The translations under genes were made by a program, and so were the position numbers. This document shows positions 17,333-26,235 of a stretch of DNA of 64,000 bases, piece by piece. A model generated the notes under the pieces. That model saw nothing but the letters and a program-made list of their open reading frames with translations, was not told the DNA's origin and searched no databases. Source of the stretch: a virus; IMG/VR virus record IMGVR_UViG_3300029996_000158. One strand, written 5' to 3'. The stretch's first letter is position 1. Each line of letters opens with the position of its first letter.

Positions 17333-17649
17333 AGATATTTTTCCTCCACCTTTTTAAGTTTATTGTATAATTTAATTACTGATTCATTTGGTAATTTCCC
17401 CAATCCTTCATTAATTTTACTTAAGATTCTTGGTATTCTTTCCATAGATAACAAATAATTGTATTTATCTTCATCAAAAAGTTCAACCTTAAACTTAGAA
17501 GTAACAATACTGATAATATTAAGGTTATTATCTATGGTCATACCATTACTAAGTTTGTATTTATTACCTTTCAATACTGATTCTACTAAAGCTTTTTCAT
17601 AATGAGCTTGTCCAGTTACTAATAAAGCATCTTTTTCTTTAAGTTTCAT
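17329..17649 (-). CDS. Hypothetical protein
   Basis: First gene of the minus-strand cassette; track ORF. Confidence 0.6.
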   Translation of the reverse strand: MKLKEKDALLVTGQAHYEKALVESVLKGNKYKLSNGMTIDNNLNIISIVTSKFKVELFDEDKYNYLLSMERIPRILSKINEGLGKLPNESVIKLYNKLKKVEEKYL

Positions 17650-17740
17650 AATTTTGCATTATATAATTAAATTCAATAAGAAGTAGTATTTCGCAATACC
17701 TTTGTTGTATAATATATAACCTCTAAAACTTATAAAAATC

Positions 17741-18751
17741 ATGGGTAAATTAAGAGTACTTGGAGTATGTGGAGCTCAAGGAGCTTTATTATTCCCATTT
17801 AAAAAGTATTTAATTGGTAATATTGAACCAAGAGCAGTATTTCATACAAAAAATGAAGAACAATGGAAATTAAATTTTGGTGAAATACCTTTCAAAAGAG
17901 ACCCTGAATCATTTAAAGGCCAAGTAGATATTATAATTGGTTCCCCTTCTTGTGGTCATTCTAGTGTTTTTAGTTATTCAAGGAAGAAAACCCTTGGTAA
18001 ACCAAAAGAAGATAAAACTTTGAATCTATTTTTAACCTCTTTGAGCATGTTTAAACCCAAAATATTCTTAATGGAAAACCTTCCAAAACTTTTTGATTTA
18101 ATTCCAAGAGAAGAATGGGAAGCAAAATTGCAAAATTATCACTTAATTGTTCATTGCCATTCAGTATTTGACTTTGGTAATTCACAAAAATCACGAAAAA
18201 GACTGATTTTAATTGGTATAATGAAGGATTCTGACATAAAAATATCCAATTTTGAGGATATTTTTCCAGTATCAACCCCAATTTTAGTATCAGAAATTGA
18301 AAAATTAGTGAGAAAGGACTTAAATTTCAGAGAAAATGATGATAAAAAGCTAGCTATGTATCATCATTCTGATAAATCCAAGAAAACTTTAACAGTAAAA
18401 GAAGTAAAAAACTTATGGTTAGGTGAATTTAAGAAGGAATATAAATGGCCAATGAAAAATACCAAAATGAAAACATTACCAGGAGTGTATAGGAATAGAA
18501 AAAACAGTTATCCATTAACTGTAAGACCATCAAATAGGCAATTTAATCCCAATGGTGATATTATGGGGTTAGAGGAATATCGGATTATTATGGGATTCCC
18601 AAAAAGGTTCAAGGTATATATGGATATGAATAATTTAAATTATTGGCTCAATAAAGGAAGAAATACATTAACAAAAGGCTCAGTTTATGAGGTTGGAATA
18701 TGGTTTAAAAAATGCCTAAAAAAACAATTCAGGAATATGGAAACCCCCTAA
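17741..18751 (+). CDS. DNA (cytosine-5) methyltransferase-like protein
   Basis: The C5-MTase motif order is visible. Motif I VLGVCGAQGAL; IV IIIGSPSCGHSS (catalytic Cys, SC instead of PC); VI FLMENLPKL; VIII SQKSRKRLILIG; IX/X IMGFPKRF...TLTKGSVYEVG. Confidence 0.65.
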   Translation: MGKLRVLGVCGAQGALLFPFKKYLIGNIEPRAVFHTKNEEQWKLNFGEIPFKRDPESFKGQVDIIIGSPSCGHSSVFSYSRKKTLGKPKEDKTLNLFLTSLSMFKPKIFLMENLPKLFDLIPREEWEAKLQNYHLIVHCHSVFDFGNSQKSRKRLILIGIMKDSDIKISNFEDIFPVSTPILVSEIEKLVRKDLNFRENDDKKLAMYHHSDKSKKTLTVKEVKNLWLGEFKKEYKWPMKNTKMKTLPGVYRNRKNSYPLTVRPSNRQFNPNGDIMGLEEYRIIMGFPKRFKVYMDMNNLNYWLNKGRNTLTKGSVYEVGIWFKKCLKKQFRNMETP

Positions 18752-18784
18752 CGCGTACGTATGCGCTTATCTTTAATTAATATA

Positions 18785-18821
18785 AATATATAGATAGATA
18801 TTATATATCTATCTATATATT
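18785..18821. repeat. Inverted repeat, 16-bp arms with a 5-bp spacer
   Basis: AATATATAGATAGATA (18785..18800) / TATCTATCTATATATT (18806..18821), checked base by base. Confidence 0.85.
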
Positions 18822-18980
18822 ACGTATGCACGCTATTATAAGGTTACGTGTACACGTGTGCGTAATATATTTATACCCTCTAAAAGGGTAAATAAATATA
18901 TTTTACTCTTTTTAGAGGAGGGAATAAATCAAAAAGAATAAGGGGAACTATTGGTAATAAATCCGAAAAATTTTTATGTT

Positions 18981-19646
18981 ATGAAAATCCTATGGTCAAT
19001 TCTTAAAATCCTAATCCCAATTGTTTTATGTTTGTTGATTGGTTATTACTTTGGTTCATTGAAACATAAATCTGGTTCACAACCAATAAACCAAAAACCA
19101 GATACGGTTTATATTGATAAGCCTTTTGTTCCAGAGGAACCATTTGATGAACCAAAAGAACCTGAAGTTATTTATGTTCATACTTTGGACACAATAGAAA
19201 TTCTAAATATCATTTACCATAATGATACAATAAAACTATTATACCCTGATTCAAGTTTTATTTCAGTATCATCTCAGTTTCTTTCTCAATTCCCAAATTC
19301 AAGTAAGCTAATCCAATTTCTTCTAACTGATACTGATTTAAAACTTGTATTATTAAACACAGATGGAAAGCTCTTTGAAAAGGTTTGTTCAATTGATACT
19401 GATAATTACTCATACAATTATCTTGGGGATAATATGACTCAAAAAAGAAAATCATTCATCAAAAGATTTTCACCATTAACTGAACTTCAATGGAGACCAT
19501 TCAACAATTTATGGGATTTGAATTTAGGTTTAAAATACAATACCAGTAAATTTAATTATGAACTTGGGTTAAATCTATTTTATTACCCAAGGATTAAAAC
19601 AAATCCTGGAACAGATTTATACTTCAAATTAAGTTATCAATTCTAA
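18981..19646 (+). CDS. Secreted/membrane-anchored beta-rich protein of unknown function
   Basis: The track ORF starts at TTG 18951. ATG 18981 (MKILWSILKILIPIVLCLLIGYYFGS) gives an N-terminal hydrophobic helix. The C-terminus ...DLYFKLSYQF ends in Phe like an outer-membrane beta-signal. The stop lies 2 nt before terL. Confidence 0.55.
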   Translation: MKILWSILKILIPIVLCLLIGYYFGSLKHKSGSQPINQKPDTVYIDKPFVPEEPFDEPKEPEVIYVHTLDTIEILNIIYHNDTIKLLYPDSSFISVSSQFLSQFPNSSKLIQFLLTDTDLKLVLLNTDGKLFEKVCSIDTDNYSYNYLGDNMTQKRKSFIKRFSPLTELQWRPFNNLWDLNLGLKYNTSKFNYELGLNLFYYPRIKTNPGTDLYFKLSYQF

Positions 19647-19648
19647 TC

Positions 19649-21151
19649 ATGGCAAAATTAAAAGAAGATAAAAGCTTAAACCAGGAGCAGATAAGGATTT
19701 TATCTAGAGTAGCAAAAGATGTATTTTTATTCTCTACCTTTGTTTGGGTAGTTAACCCAGTACTAGGTATGGTAAAATTTCTTTTATACCCATACCAAAA
19801 ATCAGTTCTCTATCAATTCCTGAAACATAGGTTTAACATAATCCTAAAATTTAGGCAAGCTGGAATTACAGAATTGATTGCTATGTATTGTTTATGGTTA
19901 GCTATGTATCACCCAAACAAAAAGATAAACATCATATCAATCAAGGATACCATAGCAAAAAAGGTTCTTAAGAAAATTAAGTTCATGTATAAGAATCTAC
20001 CTTGGTATCTTCAAACCCCAATCATAAATGGTAGGGTAGGGGAATTTGGTAGTACAACTACCATGGAATTCTCAAATGGTTCAATTATAGAATCAATCCC
20101 TACTTCAGAACAAGCTGGTCGTTCAGAATCTCTATCTTTACTTGTTATAGATGAAGCTGCTGCAGTAAGATGGGCTAACCAAATTTGGGCAGCAGCTTTC
20201 CCTACTCTTTCTACTGGTGGTTCAGCAATCATTAATTCTACTCCATTAGGAGTTGGTGGATTTTATCATTCAAGTTGGGTAGATGCTATATCTGGTGGTA
20301 ATCCAATGAATCCAATCAGATTATATTGGCAAATGCACCCAGATAGAGATGATAAATGGTACCAAGAAATGGCATCTGCACTTGGTCCAAGAAGAACTGC
20401 CCAAGAAATAGATGGTGACTTCTTATCCTCTGGTAATACAGTATTTGATATGGCTGATATCAAGGGTATTGAAGAAATGCTATCTGAATATCCTCCAATA
20501 TTAACAAAAATGGGGGGTCAATATAGGGAATTCAATGAGGTAGACCCAGATAAGGAATATTTCATTGGTGCAGACTGTTCAACTGGTAGAGCAACTGACT
20601 ATTCCTCTTTCACCTGTATGGATAAATCAGGGGAAGAACAAGTAATTTATAAAGGAAGATTACCTCTAGATAGATATGCTAAGTTACTTGGTGATACTGG
20701 AATGAAATTTAATAATGCACTTCTAGCACCCGAAACAAATGATATAGGGGCAGCTGTTACTGCAATGCTTCAAGCTGAAGGATATCCAAATCTTTATTAC
20801 TATACCAAAATCCTTAAAAAGAAAGGTAAGAGTAGACCAGAGGAAGAAAAAATCCCTGGTTGGTTAACAACAACCAAAAATAGAACAGTTATAATAGAAG
20901 GTTTGGAAGAAGATGTAAGAAAAGAAAATGTAATCATCAAGGACCCATTCTTTATCCAAGAATCATATACCTTCATATATGATGCAAATGGTAGACCAGT
21001 TGCAAGAGGTAAACATAGGTCATCAGCATCTTCAGCTTCAGATATAGATATGGATGACCAAACCTATTCAGATGATGATATATTTGGTAAAGCCATAACT
21101 AATCATATAAGGAAGTCAAATCAATACAATGGATACGTATTACCCCAATAA
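19649..21151 (+). CDS. terL: Terminase large subunit
   Basis: RQAGITELIA (Walker A-like), LSLLVIDEAA (Walker B), and IGADCSTGRATDYSS and LAPETNDIG (RNase H-like nuclease acidic residues). 500 aa. Confidence 0.85.
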   Translation: MAKLKEDKSLNQEQIRILSRVAKDVFLFSTFVWVVNPVLGMVKFLLYPYQKSVLYQFLKHRFNIILKFRQAGITELIAMYCLWLAMYHPNKKINIISIKDTIAKKVLKKIKFMYKNLPWYLQTPIINGRVGEFGSTTTMEFSNGSIIESIPTSEQAGRSESLSLLVIDEAAAVRWANQIWAAAFPTLSTGGSAIINSTPLGVGGFYHSSWVDAISGGNPMNPIRLYWQMHPDRDDKWYQEMASALGPRRTAQEIDGDFLSSGNTVFDMADIKGIEEMLSEYPPILTKMGGQYREFNEVDPDKEYFIGADCSTGRATDYSSFTCMDKSGEEQVIYKGRLPLDRYAKLLGDTGMKFNNALLAPETNDIGAAVTAMLQAEGYPNLYYYTKILKKKGKSRPEEEKIPGWLTTTKNRTVIIEGLEEDVRKENVIIKDPFFIQESYTFIYDANGRPVARGKHRSSASSASDIDMDDQTYSDDDIFGKAITNHIRKSNQYNGYVLPQ

Positions 21152-21160
21152 TAAAAATCT

Positions 21161-22630
21161 ATGAATTTATTTGCATGGTTTAGGAAAAAACCAGTACCAC
21201 AACAATTGGTAAACCAAGATAAGAAGAAAGATGATTCATCAATACCACCTGGTAGAGTATCAGTCCCCAATGAACCATCATTCAATAATCTAATAAGTGT
21301 AATGGGAGTTAAGGACTTGGTATTACCAAGTTTTAGGACTGAAATAATTCCACTTATAAGAGATTTATATAAAGTTAATCCAGATGTTAGTATAGCTTTA
21401 CAAGATATGTTTAAGTTATCTAATACTGGTCATACCATATCATTTCCAAATAATACTCCAGAGGAATCAGAGAAAATGAGTTCACATTTGAAAAAAGCAA
21501 GTAAAAGGTGGACTAATTATACTGCTGGTATTGATGGTTTGGTAAATAAATTTATGGTACAATGTTTAATAGGTGGTGCAATATCCATTGAAGCTGTACC
21601 AAATAATAACCTAGATGGTATATCAACTATAGTATTTGTAAACCCAGAATCAATTATCTTTAGAAGATTGGGTAATGGAGTATACCACCCATATCAAAAA
21701 AATCCATACTCTCCACAAAACGAAAAACCTGATTACATAAAACTTAATACTGAAACTTATTTATATGTTGGTATGTATAATGATACTGATGAACCATATG
21801 GAATACCACCATTTATGGCTGCATTAGATTCATTAAAAGGTCAACATGAAATGAGGGTCAATTTTAAGAATATCATGGAAGTAATGGGTATGGTTGGCTT
21901 CTTGGAAGCTAAAATGCAAAAACCCCAAAGATTACCATCAGAAAGTATAGAAAAATACCAAGACCGATTAGTTGGATTATTAAAACAACTAAAAGTGAAT
22001 TTGATGAATGGTATGAAAGATGGTATAGTAACTGGGTTTATTGATGACCATGAATTCAAATTAAATTCAACTACCCAAAACCTACAAAATTTAGATAAAC
22101 CCTGGACCATGAATCAGCAATCTGTTGCAAATGGTTTAGGGGTTAGTGGTAATTTAATAGGAGTAACTTCAAATACTACTGAAGGTGGTGCTGGTATTTT
22201 ATTATCAAAGATTATCTCCCAGTTAAAGAATTTACAAACCCTTACTTCTTTTGTATTAGAATTTATTTACTCTCTAGAATTACGTCTAGCTGGTCTTCCA
22301 AATAAAGGAATTAAAGTTACATTTGGAACTACCACAATATCTGATGAAGTAAAAGTTCAACAAGGGCTAGAATATAAAATTAGAAATTTAACCTCTCTTT
22401 ATAATCAAGGAATAATTGGGCAAGAAAAATTTGCTTGGGAAATGGGTTATGATAAACCCGACCAAAAAGAACCAAGAATTAAACCAGAAGAATCCAATCA
22501 AGTATCATCACCAGGTGATAATGCAAAGAAACAAAAAAGGGAGGCAGATAAAGATACCTCGGATAGAAAAACAAGGGATAAAAATAATCCAAATCCTAAA
22601 AGGGCTGACCAAGATACAAGAAAACGATAA
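21161..22630 (+). CDS. Portal protein (positional call)
   Basis: 489-aa ORF immediately after terL, with a charged C-terminal tail. Called from position and size, not from a motif. Confidence 0.7.
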   Translation: MNLFAWFRKKPVPQQLVNQDKKKDDSSIPPGRVSVPNEPSFNNLISVMGVKDLVLPSFRTEIIPLIRDLYKVNPDVSIALQDMFKLSNTGHTISFPNNTPEESEKMSSHLKKASKRWTNYTAGIDGLVNKFMVQCLIGGAISIEAVPNNNLDGISTIVFVNPESIIFRRLGNGVYHPYQKNPYSPQNEKPDYIKLNTETYLYVGMYNDTDEPYGIPPFMAALDSLKGQHEMRVNFKNIMEVMGMVGFLEAKMQKPQRLPSESIEKYQDRLVGLLKQLKVNLMNGMKDGIVTGFIDDHEFKLNSTTQNLQNLDKPWTMNQQSVANGLGVSGNLIGVTSNTTEGGAGILLSKIISQLKNLQTLTSFVLEFIYSLELRLAGLPNKGIKVTFGTTTISDEVKVQQGLEYKIRNLTSLYNQGIIGQEKFAWEMGYDKPDQKEPRIKPEESNQVSSPGDNAKKQKREADKDTSDRKTRDKNNPNPKRADQDTRKR

Positions 22631-22642
22631 ATAATAAATATT

Positions 22643-24097
22643 ATGCCAAATTATGTTGATACCATGGTACTTGGAAATGGACATAGTATATTAATGTCCC
22701 ATGTACCTAACCATCATGAAGAAATTTCTAATAGGTTTTTTAGTGAAGCTAAACCTAATAAAGATTCAATAGACCAATTTGGTCTATTCGGTTCAGGGGC
22801 TAATTATAATACTTTTTATCAAGATGTAGACCCAGAAGATTTATATCCCAGTGATGAAGAGTTTATAGAACCAATGTTTAGGTTACTTTCAGCTTGTATA
22901 GTTTCTAAGAACTATATGCCAACTGAATTTCCAAAAAGTGTTCTTAAAGCTTCAATGAATCTTTTAGTTGGTCAAACAGTAAATTGTGACCATGAAACTG
23001 ATATAGCAAATGCTATTGGCTCTGTTAAATCAGTTTCATGGCAAGAATCATATACAGTTGATGGAGTAACTATTCCTGCTGGTATAAATGGGGTATTAAA
23101 AATAGATGGTAAATCTAATCCAAGAATTGCAAGAGGTATAAATATGGACCCACCGTCTATACATTCAAATTCAGTAACAGTTCAATTTGAATGGAAACCT
23201 TCTCATAGTTTTGAAAAAGAGTGGGAATTTTATGATAAATTAGGTACCATAGCTGAAGATGGTACAATGGTAAGAAGAATTGCCACAAGAATTATATCAT
23301 ATAAGGAAACTTCATTAGTATCCCATGGAGCTGACCCATTTGCTCAACTAATAAAAGATAATAAAATAAATAACCCAGCTTATGCTGGTTCTGTTTATTA
23401 TTCATTTTCAGAAGCCCCTATAAAGAAAGAAGACCTTCCAAAGAAACTCTCTTTCTTTGAATTCAAAGGGGCCCATGAAGTTGATATAATGTACAATACC
23501 AGTAAATTTATTAATGAAAATAATAATACTAACCCAAAAGATAAACCTATAATGAATGAATTAGAAAAATTTCTAGAATCATTATTTGGTGATGGTATGT
23601 TAACTCTACAAGAGGGGGCAACCATTAGTCAAGAAATGGTTCTCTCTCAGATTAGAACAATTGTATCTGAGAATTCTAGTTTATCTGAAGCTAAAACAAA
23701 TGCTGAGGATAATATTGATAAATTAAATGGTGAAATAAATACCTTAAAAGAAACCATTGAATCAAATAAATTGATGGTTACTATTGGTACTAATTATTTA
23801 ACTGAGGTAAGAAATAATGCAATTTCCTCCTATAAAAAGCTTGTTGGTGAAGATAAAGTAGATGAAAATATTATCTCTTTATTGGAATCCAATACTACAA
23901 GTATTGAGACTCTTATATCACTTACCAAAACCTATGATTTACAATTAGAAGAAAAATTCCCCATTGTTTGTAAAGAATGTGGTTCTAAAAATGTAAGCAG
24001 AGCTTCTTCAGTAACAAAAGATGATGAATCAGAAGTTAAAAATTCTGAGGATTTAAGCTCTACAATTAAAAATCTTGCTGATTCCAAATTAAAATAA
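22643..24097 (+). CDS. Scaffolding protein, possibly fused to prohead protease (positional call)
   Basis: It lies between the portal and capsid genes. The C-terminal half is coiled-coil-like (SLSEAKTNAEDNIDKLNGEINTLKETIESNKL). The N-terminal globular half is unassigned. Confidence 0.5.
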   Translation: MPNYVDTMVLGNGHSILMSHVPNHHEEISNRFFSEAKPNKDSIDQFGLFGSGANYNTFYQDVDPEDLYPSDEEFIEPMFRLLSACIVSKNYMPTEFPKSVLKASMNLLVGQTVNCDHETDIANAIGSVKSVSWQESYTVDGVTIPAGINGVLKIDGKSNPRIARGINMDPPSIHSNSVTVQFEWKPSHSFEKEWEFYDKLGTIAEDGTMVRRIATRIISYKETSLVSHGADPFAQLIKDNKINNPAYAGSVYYSFSEAPIKKEDLPKKLSFFEFKGAHEVDIMYNTSKFINENNNTNPKDKPIMNELEKFLESLFGDGMLTLQEGATISQEMVLSQIRTIVSENSSLSEAKTNAEDNIDKLNGEINTLKETIESNKLMVTIGTNYLTEVRNNAISSYKKLVGEDKVDENIISLLESNTTSIETLISLTKTYDLQLEEKFPIVCKECGSKNVSRASSVTKDDESEVKNSEDLSSTIKNLADSKLK

Positions 24098-24109
24098 TAT
24101 AAGAAGACT

Positions 24110-24589
24110 ATGATGCCTTATGTAAATCCCGAAGCAATGACTGCTGTTGGGAGTAAAACTAAACAAACAGTAATTTATAAAAGTGAGTCTCATAAATTGC
24201 ATCAAGCATTCCCAGTGAAGAAGGGGGAGACTATACTTCAAGGTCAACCAGTACAATTGAATACTGATGGTACCATACAAGCTTATTTTGGTACTGGTAT
24301 TTATTTGGGTATTGCTGTTACAGATACCCAATATCCTGCTTATCCTGTTGGGGAAAAAATTCCTGAGGTAACGGTAATGGTAGAAGCCTTTGCTATTGTA
24401 TATGGAGTAGCTGGTGAAGTAATGGCTACATGTGGTGCTGTACTTCCCAATAAACTTGATGAAGATAGCATATATGTAACTTATATGTTGGATGATGAAA
24501 CTTCTTCAACAACAAAAGCTAATCCTAAATTTGTTAACTTGAATACTGCAGCTGCTGTTGATGATTTAATTGCAGTAATGGTTCGATAA
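24110..24589 (+). CDS. Head-associated protein (decoration-like)
   Basis: Small ORF directly upstream of the capsid gene. G/V/A-rich beta-type sequence (GQPVQLNTDGTIQAY, GIAVTD, VMVEAFAIVYGVAG) is reminiscent of DUF2190-type proteins. Confidence 0.4.
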   Translation: MMPYVNPEAMTAVGSKTKQTVIYKSESHKLHQAFPVKKGETILQGQPVQLNTDGTIQAYFGTGIYLGIAVTDTQYPAYPVGEKIPEVTVMVEAFAIVYGVAGEVMATCGAVLPNKLDEDSIYVTYMLDDETSSTTKANPKFVNLNTAAAVDDLIAVMVR

Positions 24590-24606
24590 AAAACATTAAA
24601 AACAAT

Positions 24607-25722
24607 ATGGAAGATATAACTAAAATGAAAGCACAAGACTTCACCAAAGAGTTGAGGTCAATTGTACAACTTTTGGATGCTACTCGTGCTGGTCACCAAA
24701 ATCAAAGACCTGTTGATATTTCACTAAGTGAATTAGTAACAAATCGTTATGGACTATCAATTCAGGATTATTATGATAAGATTGGCATTAATCCTAAAAA
24801 GGATACTATGCAGAATATCTTTACAATGCCTGACCAAGATATCCGTTGGATTGTTCCTGAAATTATCCGTGAAGCTATTTATTTAGGTATTAAGGAAGCA
24901 CCCTTCTACCCTAATATCATTTCTTCTGACCAAGCTATCAATGGTTTACAAGCAATCATGCCTATGATTAATCCTTCAGATGCTGCACCTGCAAGAGTTA
25001 ATGAGGCTGAAACAATTCCTCTTGGGGATGTAAGCTTTGGTCAAAAAACAGTAAGACTTTTCAAAATTGGTAAAGGTTTCAAAATTACTGAAGAGGTTAA
25101 GAATTATGTATCTCTTGATGTAATGGGGATTTTTATCCGTGACTTTGGTATTCAATTGGGTTATGCCCTTGATACTTTGGCTATGGATGTACTAATCAAT
25201 GGTAATCAAGCTGATGGTTCTGAATCTGCACCAGTAATTGGAGTAAATACTACTGCAGAAGGTATTACTTATAAAGACCTCCTTAGAACTTGGGTTCGTG
25301 GTTCTCGTCTTGGTCGTACATTCCGTACTTTGATTGGGGATGAATCAGTAGCAATTGATATTCTTGACCTTCCTGAATTCAAAATCAAAATGTATGGTCA
25401 ACCTCAATCCACAATGAATTTGAAAACTCCTGTTCCCAGCAGTTCTGATTTCTATATTCACCCGGGAGTACCCGAAAACAATGTATTGTTAGTAGACCCC
25501 CGTTCTGCATTGATTAAACTTACAGCTCGTCAATTGATGATTGAATCTGAAAAGATTGTATCTAATCAAACTGAAGCTGTATATGCTACTATCACTACTG
25601 GTTTCTCCAAGATGTACAGAGATGCTTCAATATTGATTGATTCTACTAAGGAATTTAGTACAAATGGATTCCCTGAATGGATGAATATTGACCCCTATAT
25701 TACTGTAAACATTGAACAGTAA
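24607..25722 (+). CDS. Major capsid protein (positional call)
   Basis: 371 aa, after the scaffold/decoration genes and followed by hairpin 25752..25788. Size and slot are typical of HK97-fold capsid genes. Confidence 0.7.
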   Translation: MEDITKMKAQDFTKELRSIVQLLDATRAGHQNQRPVDISLSELVTNRYGLSIQDYYDKIGINPKKDTMQNIFTMPDQDIRWIVPEIIREAIYLGIKEAPFYPNIISSDQAINGLQAIMPMINPSDAAPARVNEAETIPLGDVSFGQKTVRLFKIGKGFKITEEVKNYVSLDVMGIFIRDFGIQLGYALDTLAMDVLINGNQADGSESAPVIGVNTTAEGITYKDLLRTWVRGSRLGRTFRTLIGDESVAIDILDLPEFKIKMYGQPQSTMNLKTPVPSSSDFYIHPGVPENNVLLVDPRSALIKLTARQLMIESEKIVSNQTEAVYATITTGFSKMYRDASILIDSTKEFSTNGFPEWMNIDPYITVNIEQ

Positions 25723-25751
25723 TCCCTCTTTCATAAATATATAAACAAAAG

Positions 25752-25788
25752 ATACCTGGTATTCCATAAATAAATGGGTACCAGGTAT
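25752..25788 (+). terminator. Hairpin / attenuator after the capsid gene
   Basis: ATACCTGGTA (25752..25761) / TACCAGGTAT (25779..25788). The downstream T-tract is weak. Confidence 0.5.
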
Positions 25789-25818
25789 TACAATTTAATT
25801 CTTTAAATCAAATCAATT

Positions 25819-26223
25819 ATGAGTACAAAAGTAAAAGTGGGTACAAAAGCTTATATATTTCACGACCCCTCAACTGGTATTACAGTTAAAAAAGGTGAAA
25901 TAAAAGAGTTAACAGTTGCCCAATATAATTCCAAAAGAATCCGTTCTGCTATCAATGGTGGTCATTTGGTAATTACAAATGAAAATATTGAAAAAGAGAT
26001 TCAGAAAGATGTAAAGGTTGATAATAAAAAAGCCATTGAAAAATTTAAAGAAATGGTAGAATCTGGTATGACCAGTGAAAAAATTGCAAAGGCTTTTAAT
26101 TTAGATACCTTAAAAACAATGGCAGCTTCTTTCGATATTGAAGTAACAGATGAAGATACTAAACTATCCATTGTTGAGGCTTTATTGGAAGAAGAAGAGG
26201 AAGAAGAATCCCAAGAAGATTAA
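25819..26223 (+). CDS. Hypothetical protein with acidic C-terminus
   Basis: Track ORF; C-terminal LLEEEEEEESQED. Confidence 0.6.
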   Translation: MSTKVKVGTKAYIFHDPSTGITVKKGEIKELTVAQYNSKRIRSAINGGHLVITNENIEKEIQKDVKVDNKKAIEKFKEMVESGMTSEKIAKAFNLDTLKTMAASFDIEVTDEDTKLSIVEALLEEEEEEESQED

Positions 26224-26235
26224 AAAAATTAAACT

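Noticed and set aside
22416-22634. Alternative-frame plus-strand ORF within the portal gene's 3' end.
   Set aside because: It lies wholly inside the charged low-complexity tail of the 489-aa ORF and has no independent start signal.
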